A DNA stretch of 64,000 nt from Eremomyces bilateralis CBS 781.70 (Eukaryota): assembly GCA_010015585.1 (NCBI GenBank), contig ML975155.1; one strand, 5' to 3'. Shown here in pieces: positions 23,576 through 37,800 of this stretch. Each line of letters starts with the position of its first letter. Within the stretch, counting starts at the first letter, position 1. The notes beneath the pieces were generated by a model that worked only from the letters and a program-made list of their open reading frames with translations, was not told the DNA's origin and searched no databases. Made by a program: the position numbers and the translations under genes.

Positions 23576-24659
23576 ATGGGCAAAAAACGAAAACTCGACC
23601 AAACCCGGTCCAAAGCCGACCCCCGCTCGCACAAAAAATCCAAATCCGCCGCCGCGCCGGGGAAGAAAGCAAAGCCCCCCGCAGTGACCCAGCATCCCGC
23701 TCACGATGCGGTGGAATATGACCCGTTCGATCGGGTGCTGCTGGTTGGCGAGGGTGAGTGAACTGCGGTCTGAGATGCAATTATAGATTTTAATGTGAAG
23801 TAGGAGATTTTTCATTCGCAGCATCGTTAGTCGAGCATCACGGTGCCGCCGACCTCCTTGCGACATCCTTCGACAGCGAGGAAGAGGTAATCCGAAAGTA
23901 GGTCGCCCACCTCCTTTCTGATATCGCCCTACCAAACGACTCCTTAACCAAAATCCCGCGTAAATTGTTTAAGAAAAAAGCAGCTTGCTAACCTCATCAA
24001 GATACTCCATCGCGGAAACCCACCTCCAAACCATCCGCGCCGCCGAGCAGCCCCTCCTCTTCACCGTCGACGCCACCAAGCTGAAGCAGAAACCCATCCG
24101 CAACCACGCGCCGTACGATAAGATCATCTTCAACTTCCCCCACGTCGGCGGCAAGTCGACCGATCAGGATCGTCAGATCCGGCATAACCAAGGTACTCCC
24201 CCTCCCCTGAATTCCTTTCCGTCCTATCTTTGAGCAACGCTAACCCCCCCAGAACTCCTCCTCCAATTCTTCCAGGCCGCCACGCCACTCTTAAAAGAGC
24301 GCACGGGGACGATCCATGTAACGCTCTTCGAGCGGCACCCCTACTCCGCCTGGGACGTTCGCGGCCTCGCGCGCACCGCCGGGTTGGTGGGCGTGCGGAG
24401 CGCGAAGTTTCGGTTTGAGGAGTATCCGGGGTACACGCATGCGCGGACTCTGGGGACGCTGGAGGGTGGGGGTGGGTGGAAGGGGGAGGAGAGGGGGGCG
24501 AGGGTGTGGGTGTTTGGGAGAGGGGATTGGGGAAAGCAGGAGGGAGGGGAGGGGAAGGTGGGGAGGGTGGGGAAGGAGGGGATGATTGGGGCGGGGAGGA
24601 GGGGGACGAGGAGGAAGGGGAGGGAGTCTGAGGAGGAGGACTCTTCGGATGAGGATTAG
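23576..24659 (+). CDS. BMT5: 25S rRNA (uridine-N3)-methyltransferase, DUF2431 family, 4 exons
   Basis: RVLLVGEG/DFSFAASL, VDATKL, YDKIIFNFPHVGG, YPGYTHARTLG. Confidence 0.92.
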
Positions 24660-25132
24660 ATATGGCTTAATGGGGAGATTGGCGGGTCTGAGTCCGGGGA
24701 TATCGCTTATAGGAATCGAGTGATGGATATCACACACACGCTGTGGTTAGAAAAGAGACTGTCCAGTGGGTCGGTCTACGAATTCGAGATATCACGATTA
24801 ACGTTACCGTATTCCTATCTGAACGAAGACCAAGTTCAACATGCTACATAAGGCTATTTCCTCCATAATATCCATTTCGGACACCAGACGTTGTGTTATC
24901 ACCGCGGACGATGAAGCACGAATCTGGTCGTCACCATTGCTCCACGCTGATTGGCCCGCCCATCTGAACCCCTAAAAGCCCAAGCTCACCCCCGACGCTC
25001 AACTTCGCGTCGTCGCGTCCCCTCACTCTCCATCCACATCAACCGAACTACAAACAATCCGAAACCACCACATCGACCACCGCCACCGGACGAAACGACC
25101 CTCACCCCATATACCCACCACTCACCACAACC

Positions 25133-25689
25133 ATGCTCCGCCCAACCCTCCGCACCCTCCGCACCCCCCTCCCCCGCCCCTTCAGCACCACCCCCCGCGC
25201 CTCCTTCGCGCGCATGATGCTCGTCGGGCGACTGGGCCAGGCCCCTGAGCTGGTGGAGACGGCGACGGGGCGGGGCGTGATTCGGTACGCAGTGGCGTCG
25301 GAGTCGGGGACGCGGGAGAATAGGAAGACGAGCTGGTTTCGCGTAGCGAGCTTTGCGGAGGGGGGAGCGCGGGATTTTCGGTTGGGGTTGAAGAAGGGGT
25401 GAGTTTTTGGGAGGAAGAAAGGAGGTTTGGACTTGGGATAAGGCTAATTTGGGAATAGATCGTTGATTCATGTCGAGGCGGATGCGCGCATGTCCGAGTT
25501 TGAGGATAAGGATGGGAATCGAAGGGTGCAGATTAACCTTGTTGAGAGTATGGAATTGAGGAAGTTGACAAGCTTTGGATACCGCTAACACTGCTAGAAA
25601 CCCTCGACGTACTCTCCCGCCCCAAGGACGCCTCTCCTGACGCCGACGCCTCCGAAGAGCTCTCCTCCGCGGCGCACACCGGCCCGTGA
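25133..25689 (+). CDS. RIM1: Mitochondrial single-stranded DNA-binding protein, 3 exons
   Basis: Arg-rich presequence, ARMMLVGRLGQAPE, RYAVAS, TSWFRVASF, LKKG/SLIHVEAD. Confidence 0.9.
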
Positions 25690-26357
25690 TTTCCACCACT
25701 CCAAACGACGTCGGCGAGGGTGCGATGGGGGATGGATTGATTTCGGGTTCGCGCACCTATATGTCTAGGGATATAGGTTCGTATGGGGGCGTATAGCACA
25801 GTCTCTACTCTTTTTGGGCGATGGGCTTCAGGGGCGAAACAGAAATCGGTGGAGTGTTGGTACTTTTTCGACGATTCTGTATTCATATCGGACTGTTTAC
25901 TAGGGAAGACGGGAGCTCCTTCTTGTATCAAAAGAATACTTTGGTGTGCGATTTCCCCCGGCCGTCGTATCTCAAATTTCATGGATCTCAATGCCTTGAC
26001 CAGGACAGGGAGCAGAGTCGACAGGAACATCATGTCATTGCCTAACAGGAAAGCATCAACCGTTTGCGAAGCCTGGCCCAGAGGGGCGGAAAAAGCATTG
26101 GATCGTACCTACAAGCAAGCCTCGTACGATCCACGTGATTCCACTCCCTGAAGGACGAGAACGAAGAATCCCCTGCGCCGGAATTTCAACGAGAAGCCGC
26201 ATCGGCGTCCCCTGTCGTTTGCAAGATTACAGCTTTCTTCCTTGTTGCACGAGACAGCCCTACTACCCACGCCACATTCTATGAAAACGATCCTTCATCA
26301 ATGTAACGCAAGTCAACCAACACCCCTCCAAAAGCGGCAACTCCATGCGGCTAGATA

Positions 26358-26925
26358 TCAGACGTCGTCCACCTCTACTCTACCGCTATGGCCATGCCGC
26401 ACCTCGGCCTCGCACGCGTCCCTCATCACCAGTACTCCAATTCTCCAGTCGCAGATCGAGGCCCGGCATCGATACATAGCTCGCATCAGCAGCGCGAAGC
26501 CGTCATCGTCAGATTCGGAATGGATACGTATTCCCAGCTCGACTATCTCCAACACACATTGGTCGACCGCGCGCAAATCGCGCGTTTCGTCCCGCTTCCT
26601 AGGATAGAGGCTGTACAACGCGGAGTGGGAGATGCAGATGCATGCAGTGCTCAGTCCACGTTCCAGCTCCGGTGCTCCGGTGGCGTCAGAGGAGAGACAA
26701 GGGAGCTACATGGTTTGCTTGACGGGGTGTATTTCTAAGCAGGCGAAGGCTTTGGGCCTTGGCGGATGATGCAGTGTGCTGGGAAGGGGTGGAGTGCAAC
26801 GTCGCGGAGTGGCGGGCGGGCGGCGGTTCCCGTCGTTGGGGTTTCGGGGACGCGTAACTGGGTGGACTGGTTACTAACTTGCTTGACGGGAGGACCGGAG
26901 GCGGTGAGGGGCGGTACGTGGACAT
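26358..26925 (-). CDS. Possible small hypothetical protein; exon structure unresolved
   Basis: Coding-like stretch SDATGAPELERG...YSLYPRKRDETRDLRAVDQCVLEIVELG... with no recognised motif. Confidence 0.2.
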
Positions 26926-28652
26926 ATGGGTACGGTACACGGTAAAGCAGGTCCCGGTGGTCGTTCTACAGCAGATGTTGGGCGGGTCCGTCAACGGTAC
27001 AAAATGATATGGAGACCCGGAGGTAGGGAACGATGTTGTGGCCGTCATCAGATGTCGAAACGTTGACGAACCTCGAAAGTCGAAACGAACTACGGTGGAT
27101 GTCCTGCATTGGGGTGATCTGTGCTCGGTCATGTCAACGGTATTGCATGAATTGACGCTGCAGACGGTGCATAACTGCATATCGTGCAGGAGAAGGGATT
27201 GGGTGCCGACGTCGGTGCAGCGTTCGGACTGGAGTAGCTGTACATCATCGGTGCTCAATTGCTCGACTATGATATTCTATGAGAAGGACCAGCATGATCT
27301 CCCTCCCACTTCAGCAACTCAATTGCGGGTGAGAACCACCGTCGCTTAATTGACCGCTTGAACTAGTTAGGTATGGATGTTGTTTAATTGTTTCGTCAAT
27401 TCCGGACAACTCGCGATCCATGCGATATGTGTCGTCCTATTTAGCGTCCGTCATGAAGCCCAGATCTTCGTCATCCGGGTTCAACCGTACGGCTTAAGGC
27501 ACTACATCCACCGCCCAATGTGATCCAATGTCCAATGTCCAATGTCCAGATGACCCGACAATCCCTCATGAATCTGGAAGGGACCGACATCTCTCCGGGA
27601 TGCAGCAAATCCCTCCGGACGTACTTAGTACAGTATACGCCGATGATAGCTCGATTCCAAGATATGCGACCCAGGTTCAAAGCAGCTTAGCGAGCCCGAT
27701 GCATGAATAAGATTTGGGAATTTGGGGAGAGACGAAAATCGCGCATAGAAGTTTGGAACGGGGCGTTGTCCAGGGGAGGGAACTCAAGCGAAAGATCAAA
27801 GAGGGGTGCGAGATGGGACGGAATGCGGGATTGCGGCGTGTTGGAATGGCTGGATTGGCTGGCCATTCGGAATACCGAGCTGCATCGCTTTCGCTTGCCT
27901 GTCACTTCATGTCGCTGGTTGTGTGCTGTGTTGGGGGATCCGACTCCTGAGCTGGTTTACCACGTATGGCAGATGATGGATGTGCGATGAGCCATCGTTT
28001 CACCCAACGGATGGTTTGTTGATGGTTGGCGACAGCGATCTAGCGATCTACCTCCGTCCATCTCATTACCGTAACTGACGCCATTTCCGCCAAGTCCAAA
28101 GTCAGTTAAGAAAATCACGACGCCTTTGCACGCTCGGCCCGTGGATCCAGAGTGGCACGAAGCATAGTCAAGCCGCTCAAGCTTCAGGAACAAGCAGCCT
28201 AACAACAGTCAAGCTCCCTAAGTGGTATTTCCCACGTTGACCTTACGGCCTACGGGTGTTCACCAAGGCTTCTAGTTCTTCTAACGACTCATTGATCAAA
28301 TGAAAATCATACGTTACAACTAACTAGTCACAACTCACTACATTGCGAATGAGGCCAAGGCTGGGTTCCGTTGATCATCTTGAGTCCGAATGAACTGGTG
28401 AATGATTGCCGCCAATCTCAATATTTCCAGCGAGCACATCTATTCCCGCATCGGATTACGAAGTCCTAAGTCCCGTACTAGGTAGACTAGACATCCAAGA
28501 ATCCATCATCTACGTCCTCCATCATCCAATCGAAATGGAGGGACATGTTTCCCTGAATTCCTTGATTTCCCACGGAACGAGTTTTGTCAGCAGAGAGGGC
28601 CAAATGGGGCCATGGTTTATATATCGACGAAATGATAGGTCCGTTAGAAGGT

Positions 28653-28690
28653 TAAGAAATCTCTTAAGAAATCTCTTAAAAATCTCTAGT
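28653..28690 (+). repeat. Short tandem repeat (AAGAAATCTCTT) x about 3
   Basis: aagaaatctctt aagaaatctctt aaaaatctct. Confidence 0.75.
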
Positions 28691-28854
28691 CACCAAAGGA
28701 AAGACGGGACGGTTCCGGACCACCCAGATACTCCACAGACACACACACTGACACATCCTCTCCCAACGGTCCGCGGGGGCTGATGGTGTCCAATTTGTCC
28801 GATTTGTCTGATTCTCGCCTTCAAATTGCAAACCAAACCCATCATTTATTCACC

Positions 28855-28890
28855 CATCATCTTCATCATCTTCATCATCTTCATCATCAC
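28855..28890 (+). repeat. Microsatellite (CATCATCTT)n
   Basis: catcatcttcatcatcttcatcatcttcatcatc. Confidence 0.85.
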
Positions 28891-29393
28891 TATCAGCATC
28901 ATCTAGCAGACGTTGGACGCCTGAACTACTAGTCCTGTCTCTAAGTCTTCATATTATTACTACATTCAGCCTGCATCCCACCGCCAAGCCGATTCGCTCA
29001 TTCCAACACTCGCAGCAAAGGCAACTGGTTACTGGCAACCGAATTCCCTGAATACGGAACGGACAGAACCTGGATCCTTTGGATGGCGCAGCCGCCCATG
29101 TGGATTGTGGAGAGACCGGAAACAAATCACCAGCTTCCCCTCCACCCGCTCCTTCTCTCGCCCTCTTCCTTTCCTTTCTCTCCATCACCAAAGTCCGCGA
29201 TCCACGGCCGAAATCCCCTTCCAACTCATTGCGAATTTCCCACGTCTTTGCCCACTCGTCGGAGTGGGCAGTGTCGTGACTCGTGACCCAAATCCCGCGC
29301 TACAGTCCGGACGATCCGTCCCATCCACCACCCTAGGACGTCATCGCTGCAGAGAGCGACTTTCAGCCTGTGTCTCGCCTCCCGTCGAAAGAT

Positions 29394-30901
29394 ATGCCAA
29401 CGCCATCCGCCTCGAACCATCCTGCTAGCCGCTCCACCGATCCGGTCAGTTCTCCCGCGATATCCTCCTCGACGGCGTCCGTCAAATCCCAAGATGGCAG
29501 CTCCCAACCGTTGCCCGCGCCCACGAACGGTGCCAGTCCCGCTCTGCAACCCGCACAGGCCCTCGCCCCTCCGAAAAAGCCCACGATGACATCGCGCATC
29601 AGTGGCATGTTCATCCGATCGCAAGCCACCAGCCCGGTTCCTGATGACGGCAAACCGCGACCGAAAGCCCTCGCGCGCCAGCCCTCGGAGAAGAAATCCC
29701 CCGCCCCGTCCGCACGGCAGGCCCCGAACGGCGCCAAACCGGATGAACCGCACCGCCGCTTCTGGGTCGCTGATGACGGCGCGCATGAGCACCTCCTGCG
29801 CGTGGCCAAACGGCAGCAGAAGCTGAAGGACGTGCTGCGCAGCTGGTTCGATAAGAAGGACGGGCACGCAGAAGACCAACCGCCTAGCCTGATGGCGGAC
29901 TGGATCACGCAGAAGCGAAGCGAGCAGGATAAGGCACCGACGGACATGAAGGGGGGCCCGATGCAGAGCCACACGCTAGTGCAGAAATACGGGAAGTGCA
30001 GCGAGATCATCGGGCACGGGGCGTTCGGCGTGGTGCGTATCGCGCACAAGGTCGACGTCAAGGATCCGAAGCGCGAGCAGCTCTTCGCCGTCAAGGAGTT
30101 CCATCAACGGCCCGGCGAATCCGACAAGCGCTACCAGAAGCGCCTGACCTCGGAATTCTGCATCTCCTCGTCCATGCAACATCCCAACGTCATCCAAACC
30201 CTCGACCTCCTCAAAGACGAGAAAGGCGACTACTGCGAGGTGATGGAATACTGCGCCGGCGGTGACCTCTACACGCTCATTCTCGCCTCCACGACCCTCG
30301 AGGTCGCCGAAGCCGACTGCTTTTTCAAGCAGCTCATGCGCGGTGTCGAATACATCCACGAGATGGGCGTCTCCCACCGCGACCTTAAGCCCGAGAACCT
30401 CCTCCTCACCCAGCACGGCGCCATCAAGATCACCGACTTCGGCAACGGCGAGTGCTTCCGCATGGCCTGGGAGAAGCAGGCCCACATGACCGCCGGCGTG
30501 TGCGGCTCCGGCCCGTACATCGCCCCGGAGGAGTACGTGAGCGAGGAGTTCGACCCGCGCGCCGTGGATGTGTGGGCGTGTGGCGTCATCTACATGGCGA
30601 TGCGCACGGGCCGGCATCTGTGGCGCGTGGCGCAGAAGGGAGAGGATGAATTTTTTACCCGGTATTTGGAGGATCGGAGAGAGGAGTCGGGATTTCGCCC
30701 GATCGAGGTGTTGAGACGGGTAAGTTCTTGATTCGTGAGAATGTGGTGACGGGTTGCTAACGGGAACAGGCGAAATGCCGGAACGTCATCTATTCAATCT
30801 TGGATCCGAATCCGACACGGCGGCTGACGGCGCATCAGGTGCTGTTGTCGGAGTGGGTGAAGGACGTGAAGATTTGTGTGTCCGGGGAGCAGGGGTTCTG
30901 A
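29394..30901 (+). CDS. SAT4: HAL/NPR-family Ser/Thr protein kinase (Sat4/Hal4-like), one intron about 30720-30769
   Basis: [64 protein letters not shown]. Confidence 0.92.
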
Positions 30902-31952
30902 ATTCAACATCAGATATACCCAGCACGTCTGGGGTGATGCGCTCGGGGACGCATTCTTACCCATCGAGTATAAAGGCTCGACTTTTCTATTACCGTCGAT
31001 GGGCGTGCTCCGCTGGATTGCTCCCTTATCTCCAGGTCTCCAGGTCCCTTATCTCGCGGACTAGCCGTACTTCGTTCGGTCCCAACACCCCCACTCCATA
31101 TTTGATATTCCCCCGCCAGTCATACCCCTGGCGACTGAACACCACACGCAATGTTTCCACATCATGTCCATCGAAACAGAGGTGTTCACTTTCCTAGATC
31201 TCCAACACCTCCCCTTCACGATCGCTTGGAACTAGAAAGCAGGCGGACACATTGCAAGATTTACTGATATGAGAACCACCGGGGCCACGGTCTTCGGCAC
31301 ATAGGGAGGGAAGGTCTACTGTCGACTGTCTACCGGCGGCATCATCATTATCATCATAATTGTCATTGGGGGGCGTGCGTGCTTTTTTGGCTGGCGACGG
31401 ACGGGATATCGGTCGGGATGGACAAAGGAGATATCACGGTCCCATACCCATCTGCATGTTTTATGACCCGATACGACCACCCCAAGAATCAATCACGTTA
31501 TTTTATTTTGTCATGACGATGGTGATGGTTGATGCCCTTGTTGAATAGCTGATGCAGTGTGATTCTCCTATTGGTGTTTGAAACTATTGAAAGGGAGTGT
31601 TATTGGTGATGGGAATATCGCAGTGGTAGGGCTGAATAACTAACTCCAACGGTTCTAAGCACAGTCCGTTCGCCAGGATCGGAGCCGGAGATAAAGCCAA
31701 CTGTCAATTGCCACCTCCACACTCCACGTATTAATCCGTACCATTCCAGACTCGATGTTCCTCGATCTAGTGTTTGAATGAAATACAAAACTTGACATGT
31801 TCTGCACTGCAACATGGTAATGACATAAATGAGCCTAGAACTCCTTAACAAAACCAATTCCCACAATCCACCCCAATCCGATCGTGACCACCCTTTGTTC
31901 CGACCAACCATCCTGCACCGTCCCGCTCCCGACCACGGCCAATAATGGAGAG

Positions 31953-34868
31953 ATGCAGAAGCACCGACGGCTGATATTGACCGGCCTTGCGTTCCTCTGC
32001 ACCGTCGCCGCTGGGCAGAGCGTCACCGAGACGACGACCCCTCCGAGCACCACGACGTTCAACGATCCATCCCCGCCCATCCCCACGCCGTCGACGTGCG
32101 AGTTCCGGACGATCAATTACTTGACGCATACGCTGCCGCAGCAATGCTTGAACACGGGGCGGACGGCGCAGTCGGCGCCACCGGCGGAGACGCACGGTGT
32201 CGGGACCGCGGAGGATCAAGAGACGGGAATGGGTAGTAATGGCACGGTTACGAACGACTCCAACGACACCGCACCCACCGCAATCCCCGAGACCGATTCC
32301 CCTCCCCAGTCCTCGGCCGCAATTCCCGACTCCCCAACCCCCCCAGCCGACCCTCCCCTCTCCGATACCATCGACCCCGAACCCGACGAAGCCTCCCCCC
32401 TTGACACAGCCAACTTCCTCTCCTTCGAAGAATGGCGCAAGAAGAACCTCGCCGACGCCGGACAGTCCCCCGACCGTGTGGGCCGCCACTCCGCGCACGC
32501 CAAGGGCTCCCGTCGCCCTCCTGGCATGAACGCACCGCTGGACAGCCTAGGTGAGGATGTGGAGATCGAGTTGGACTTCGGAGGGTTTGGCGCGGGAGAG
32601 GGATGGGAGAAGGGGGAGCGTGCAGTGGTGGAAGGGGGTGAGGGGAGGGAAGATCGGGTGGGCAGCGACGGGGCGAAGAAAGCGCCGGCGGAGCACGCGC
32701 GGAACAAGGATGCGGGGAAGACGTGCAAGGAACGGTTCAACTACGCGTCGTTCGACTGCGCGGCGACGGTGGTGAAGACGAACGCGGAGTGCCGCAGCAG
32801 CTCGGCGGTGCTGGTGGAGAACAAGGACAGCTACCTGCTGAACGAGTGCGCGGCGGCGAACAAGTACCTGATCGTGGAGCTGTGCGAGGACATCCTGGTC
32901 GATACGGTGGTGCTAGCGAACTTCGAGTTCTTTAGTTCTATGGTGCGCGCGTTCCGGGTGAGCGTGTCGGATCGGTATCCCGTGAAGATGGACCGGTGGA
33001 AGGAGCTGGCGACGTTCGAGGCGCGGAACTCGCGGGAGATTCAGGCGTTCTTGGTGGAGCATCCGCTGATCTGGGCGCGGTATCTGCGCATCGAGTTTCT
33101 GAGCCACTATGGGAACGAGTATTATTGTCCGGTCAGCTTGGTGCGCGTGCATGGGACGACGATGATGGAGGAGTTTCGACGCCAGGAAGAGCTCGCGAGG
33201 GGCGACGCCGGGCAGGAGGATGATGCGGAGGATATTTTGGACGTGAGCTCCGGAGAGACGGCTAGGGCGGACGGCGTGGCTGAAGTGTCTCCGTCTCTAG
33301 AGATAGAAAACATCTCGGAACCGGAGGGGAAACCTCTGGATTCGGCATCTCCTGTTGGGGACGAAACCAGAGTCGATCAACCGAGCGAGACCGATCCGGA
33401 AACGCCACACGCTCACACAAATACGGAGGTGGCATCTCCTTCGACGGGGACTGCGAATTCTACCGTGGATGTTGCGGAGTCGGACATTATGGGCAAATAC
33501 GAGTCTTCATTCAACGAACGGGAGAATAAGACTGCGGGGCCATCATCGGGTGTCACCACCGCGACTGACAATACCACGAATACAGACGAGTCGTCTCGAT
33601 CGACGACAGCATCGGATGGCAGCTCAAAGACAGCGCAGACTCCATCATCTTCAACCGAGACATGGCACCCACCTATGGCATTGCGCAATACGACAGCCTC
33701 ACAATCACCGACCGAATCCCCCCAAAGCCAATCTATCTCGTCCAACTCCACCTCAACCAAATCCCGTGCAACCACCACTTCCTCCCCCCAACCCTCCCCC
33801 ACCACCCAAGAATCCTTCTTCGCCTCCCTCCACAAGCGCCTCCAATCCCTCGAATCAAACTCCTCCCTTTCCCTCCAATACATCGAGTCCCAATCCCGCA
33901 TCCTCCGCGACGCCTTCGCCACCGTCGAAAAGCGCCAACTAAACAAAACCACCCGCTTCCTCGCCCACCTCAACTCCACCGTCGCCGCCGAGCTCGCCGG
34001 CTTCCGCACCCTCTACGATCAGCTCTGGCAATCCACCGTCCTTGAGCTCGACAGCGCCCGCGACCGCCAGGCCCGCGAACTCCACGCCATGAGCCGCCGC
34101 CTCGCCCTCCTCGCCGACGAGCTCCTTTGGCAAAAGCGCCTCGCCGTCCTCCAAGCTACCCTCCTCCTCCTCTGCCTCGGCCTTCTCCTGTTCGTCCGCG
34201 TCGGCGGCGCCCTCCTCGGCGGCGGCGTCGCCTCCACTCACCTCGACGACGTCCTCCCACCCATCGTGCGCGACGTGTTCGCGCGCCGGCCGTCGGGGTT
34301 GCGCCGCGCGCGGACCGCCGTGGGACTGAGTGCTGGGTATGACAGCGCGGGCACGCCGGACGAGCGGGATGCTGAGGGTATGGACGCGTCGTCGCCGTCC
34401 CCGGAGTCCGGGAGGATGCGGCGGCGGCGGACTGGGATGGAGGGGGGGGAGTTGCTTTCGCCGGACACGAGTCCTATGGCGCCGCGGCGAGGATATACCC
34501 GGAGCGAGAGCCCGCGGTCGGACTCGACTGGGGAGGCGAGGGGTGTGGTGCGCATGGATGGCGGCGCGACAGGGCTGAGCAGCGAGAGCGACGAGGACCG
34601 GTCGAAGGGCGTGCAAGTAGAGCTCGCTACGCCGTCGTCGTCGGTGGAGATATTACGATCCCGGATGCCGACATTTTCTTTGGAACCACCGACGCCGGAC
34701 AAGAGGACGGACGTAGACGAGGTGCCGGACGAGGATCGGGATGGGCGGCTGAGGGTGGATGAGGATCCGAGGGGGACGCAGAGTGGGCCGTCGACGCCGA
34801 CGGGAAGGAGGGAGCGGGCGGAGCTAGTGGAGGTTGAGGGGCCGGGGGAGGTTTTGCAGGGAGAGTGA
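31953..34868 (+). CDS. SLP1: Mid-SUN domain ER membrane protein (Sad1/UNC-like), intronless
   Basis: Signal peptide, FLSFEEWRK, KERFNYASFDCAA, ANFEFFSS, YYCPVSLVRVHG, QESFF..LHKRLQSLE, TM segment. Confidence 0.93.
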   Translation: MQKHRRLILTGLAFLCTVAAGQSVTETTTPPSTTTFNDPSPPIPTPSTCEFRTINYLTHTLPQQCLNTGRTAQSAPPAETHGVGTAEDQETGMGSNGTVTNDSNDTAPTAIPETDSPPQSSAAIPDSPTPPADPPLSDTIDPEPDEASPLDTANFLSFEEWRKKNLADAGQSPDRVGRHSAHAKGSRRPPGMNAPLDSLGEDVEIELDFGGFGAGEGWEKGERAVVEGGEGREDRVGSDGAKKAPAEHARNKDAGKTCKERFNYASFDCAATVVKTNAECRSSSAVLVENKDSYLLNECAAANKYLIVELCEDILVDTVVLANFEFFSSMVRAFRVSVSDRYPVKMDRWKELATFEARNSREIQAFLVEHPLIWARYLRIEFLSHYGNEYYCPVSLVRVHGTTMMEEFRRQEELARGDAGQEDDAEDILDVSSGETARADGVAEVSPSLEIENISEPEGKPLDSASPVGDETRVDQPSETDPETPHAHTNTEVASPSTGTANSTVDVAESDIMGKYESSFNERENKTAGPSSGVTTATDNTTNTDESSRSTTASDGSSKTAQTPSSSTETWHPPMALRNTTASQSPTESPQSQSISSNSTSTKSRATTTSSPQPSPTTQESFFASLHKRLQSLESNSSLSLQYIESQSRILRDAFATVEKRQLNKTTRFLAHLNSTVAAELAGFRTLYDQLWQSTVLELDSARDRQARELHAMSRRLALLADELLWQKRLAVLQATLLLLCLGLLLFVRVGGALLGGGVASTHLDDVLPPIVRDVFARRPSGLRRARTAVGLSAGYDSAGTPDERDAEGMDASSPSPESGRMRRRRTGMEGGELLSPDTSPMAPRRGYTRSESPRSDSTGEARGVVRMDGGATGLSSESDEDRSKGVQVELATPSSSVEILRSRMPTFSLEPPTPDKRTDVDEVPDEDRDGRLRVDEDPRGTQSGPSTPTGRRERAELVEVEGPGEVLQGE

Positions 34869-37800
34869 TTGCTATCGTTTATCACATATGACGGGATTGC
34901 CCCCTGGCGACCCACGTACGGAGGTTCACTACATTTATTAGCATGGCAATGGCGTTGGGGGTTTCTCCAGGGCTGAGCGGCCCCTATTGTTCTTCAGTCG
35001 TATGTGTACTATGGGTACTTTCACGGCTATGTCGGGATATTTGATGCGCATGACATCGCCCGAATAATATTATATATCCTCTTCAAGAGCATGTAAGATG
35101 CCATTCGTAATGCCTATCTTCCTATTTTAAGCCGCCCGATATCCTTGACTCACTTAGATCCGCAAGCTCTCGGTTCACAACGACCGCTTCCTAATATTTT
35201 GATGATTCCTCTAACAAGAATCTTAAAGGATACTACTACAATCCGTATCTCCACTTTGCCCTCAGCCCACCCCCTCCACCTCCCTACTCCAACACCAAAC
35301 AATCCACAACCTCCGAACATCAGAATCCATTGACCCAGCCCAGTGGACCCCCAGCGCATCCACGCGTCTCACCCGCAGCCAAGCACCGTAGCGCATCGCG
35401 CCGACATTGCTTCATCGCGATCTAGTACGCCTCACTTTTTTCACTGCATGCAGGGAAGCAGCTCAGGCATGATGAACTGGGCGGAGAGGATTCCGATGCC
35501 CGTGCAGGGGGAAGCTTGAAAATCCTGGAAGACTGCGGTGGCGGGCAGGGAGTCGGTTGTTGTGCTCGGAAGGGGTGGAGTGACGGATGTGGGAGTTGGA
35601 TGGATGGTGGATCATGATCACGGGATGCTGTTCATAGAATAGGGGGGGGGTTAGGAACATGATAATTACTAGAAACACGAACGTCGCACTGACGGCACCC
35701 CATGAGGCCTTTCACTTCATCGGGGCGAGGGCGGTGGCCAGGGGGACTCCGTACCAGATGAGGTAGAAGCCGATACGGATGCTTAGGCCCTACATGTCGC
35801 TGTTGCCTTCGAAGACACAAGTGTCCATGGTTAAGGGGGAACATACCTCACAGGATTGCTAGGCAGACATAGAAAGAGAAAAGCGAACGATAGTGACTCT
35901 GACATTGAGGTTGAGTAAGAGAGGTCCACGGAGCAGAGCTCAACATGCGGATTAGTAGAGGTACATGCAGTTTGCATATCCAGTCGACCAATTGTATCCA
36001 GACTGCAGAGATATGAGATGTTACTGTGACTCGATTGGAATAGAAGCAACCGTGTATAACTCGCGACATTCAGAAGCCATTTGGCAATGGACGGACATGA
36101 CAATATGAAAACTTGACTGGACTCAATGAGATGACAGATACGGTAATTAACGGACGGTAGTCCGGTTTCCAAGCCTCCTGAGTTGTCGAAGGGAGCCAAA
36201 GTTGGTTAGCAGTCCAATGAGGCTATTCCTGTAGAATAGGTGGCCATCTCTTGGTCCTTCGCAGACTATCAGCAATGAATAGTCCGATGAGAGCAGAATC
36301 GGTTCTATAGTAGAGTAATGGACGCTAAACACAAACTTCCCTTCCCACCCGACTCCAATCTCACGATAGAGCCCATCCCTACCCCCCTCACCTACCCCTC
36401 CCCTCCCAACCAACCCACTTTCAACCCATCATCACTCATCCCGTCCCCCTCACCAGCGGACGAACGACGGGCATACCCGCGTCCCGACGCCCCGAACTCC
36501 CCGTCAGCGAACGGGCGAGCTCAGTTCATGCAGCATGCATCGGAATGGCAACAGCGCGGGGCAGGCGGCGAGGGATTGGTGCGCTGGGATGCAAGTCGCT
36601 AGATTGGCATGGAGGCGAGGCTGGATTGGGGGAGGGAGGGAGGTGGGTGGACGGATTGGGGATGCGTGTGGTGACTGATGAGGAGGGAGGGGTGGGTGGA
36701 AGAAGTGCTGATTGGGGCTGGTTGGGTGAGATGTGAAAGCGAGGGAGGTCATCTTCAAGTCAAGACAACGTCCCATCTCGCCTCCTTTTCATCGTGACAG
36801 GCTACCGTGAACTCAGCATCTCATCAAAGTTCAAACGCAACAAAGGATCTCCCCGGCTCTAAATTCTGAAACCATGCCTCGCATATCTCCGCGCCGACCC
36901 CCGAATTAGATACCGCCGGCTCGCTGACGCGCTGCATCCGGTCCCAGACTCTCGACCTAACACTTAACAGATAGGATCACCCCTGACGATCGTCGAGATA
37001 TCTGGTCCGAGCTGGGTCGGCTGGGTGAGTGCTAAGGACCTTGACCGGTTGAAGAGGTTCACGAGGCGTGTAACCGTTCCAGCCCGTGTCTGCTGAGTGC
37101 TCCTAGTAGGTGTTCAAGGAGAAACCGGAGCTGAGCGGGCGGCGAATGAGGCTGGTCACCTCGCTAAATCATGGGCGGGGGAGATGGGTGGTTGGCTGGC
37201 AGGACGGCTCGGCGATCAGATCTGCATCACGTAGGTACAATTATACAATAATAAGTAGAATGATGGTGTGCTGGAACCGGAGTTGAGGAGCAGGGGGTGG
37301 CCACGAGGGTGGTGGGGAGTGGATGACGAAGCAATGGCTGACGGTAGCGGAGGCGGGAGTATTCAAGAGCGTTTATTGAATTGGATATTGGATTGGATTG
37401 TTTGAGTTTCAATATTCCCTAATACTGCAACCTGATGGATGTCGTCGATCATGCGGCGAAGTTGTCATAGGAGACTCACCAGGATAGTAGCAGTGGAGGT
37501 CGTGCCTGAATAGGCTATCAGAATGGTTGCAACCCCAGGACCGGATCATGTGTCCTTGATGCTGGATCCTTCTATAACTCAATCCTCCAAACTTCAACAG
37601 GACATCTTGTGAAACTGAACGCGCGCATCTCCACTCTAGCCCATCCAGAAATCCGTTCCGGTGTCGCGGACTCGTCGCGATATCAATCTCATCCCCTCAC
37701 CGTGATTCGACGGAGCCATCGGATGCAGGGAGCGCGCCCAAGATTGACCAGGGCCATGGAAAATCGCAAGATCGAAATTCGAATATCAACGCGACGCGCC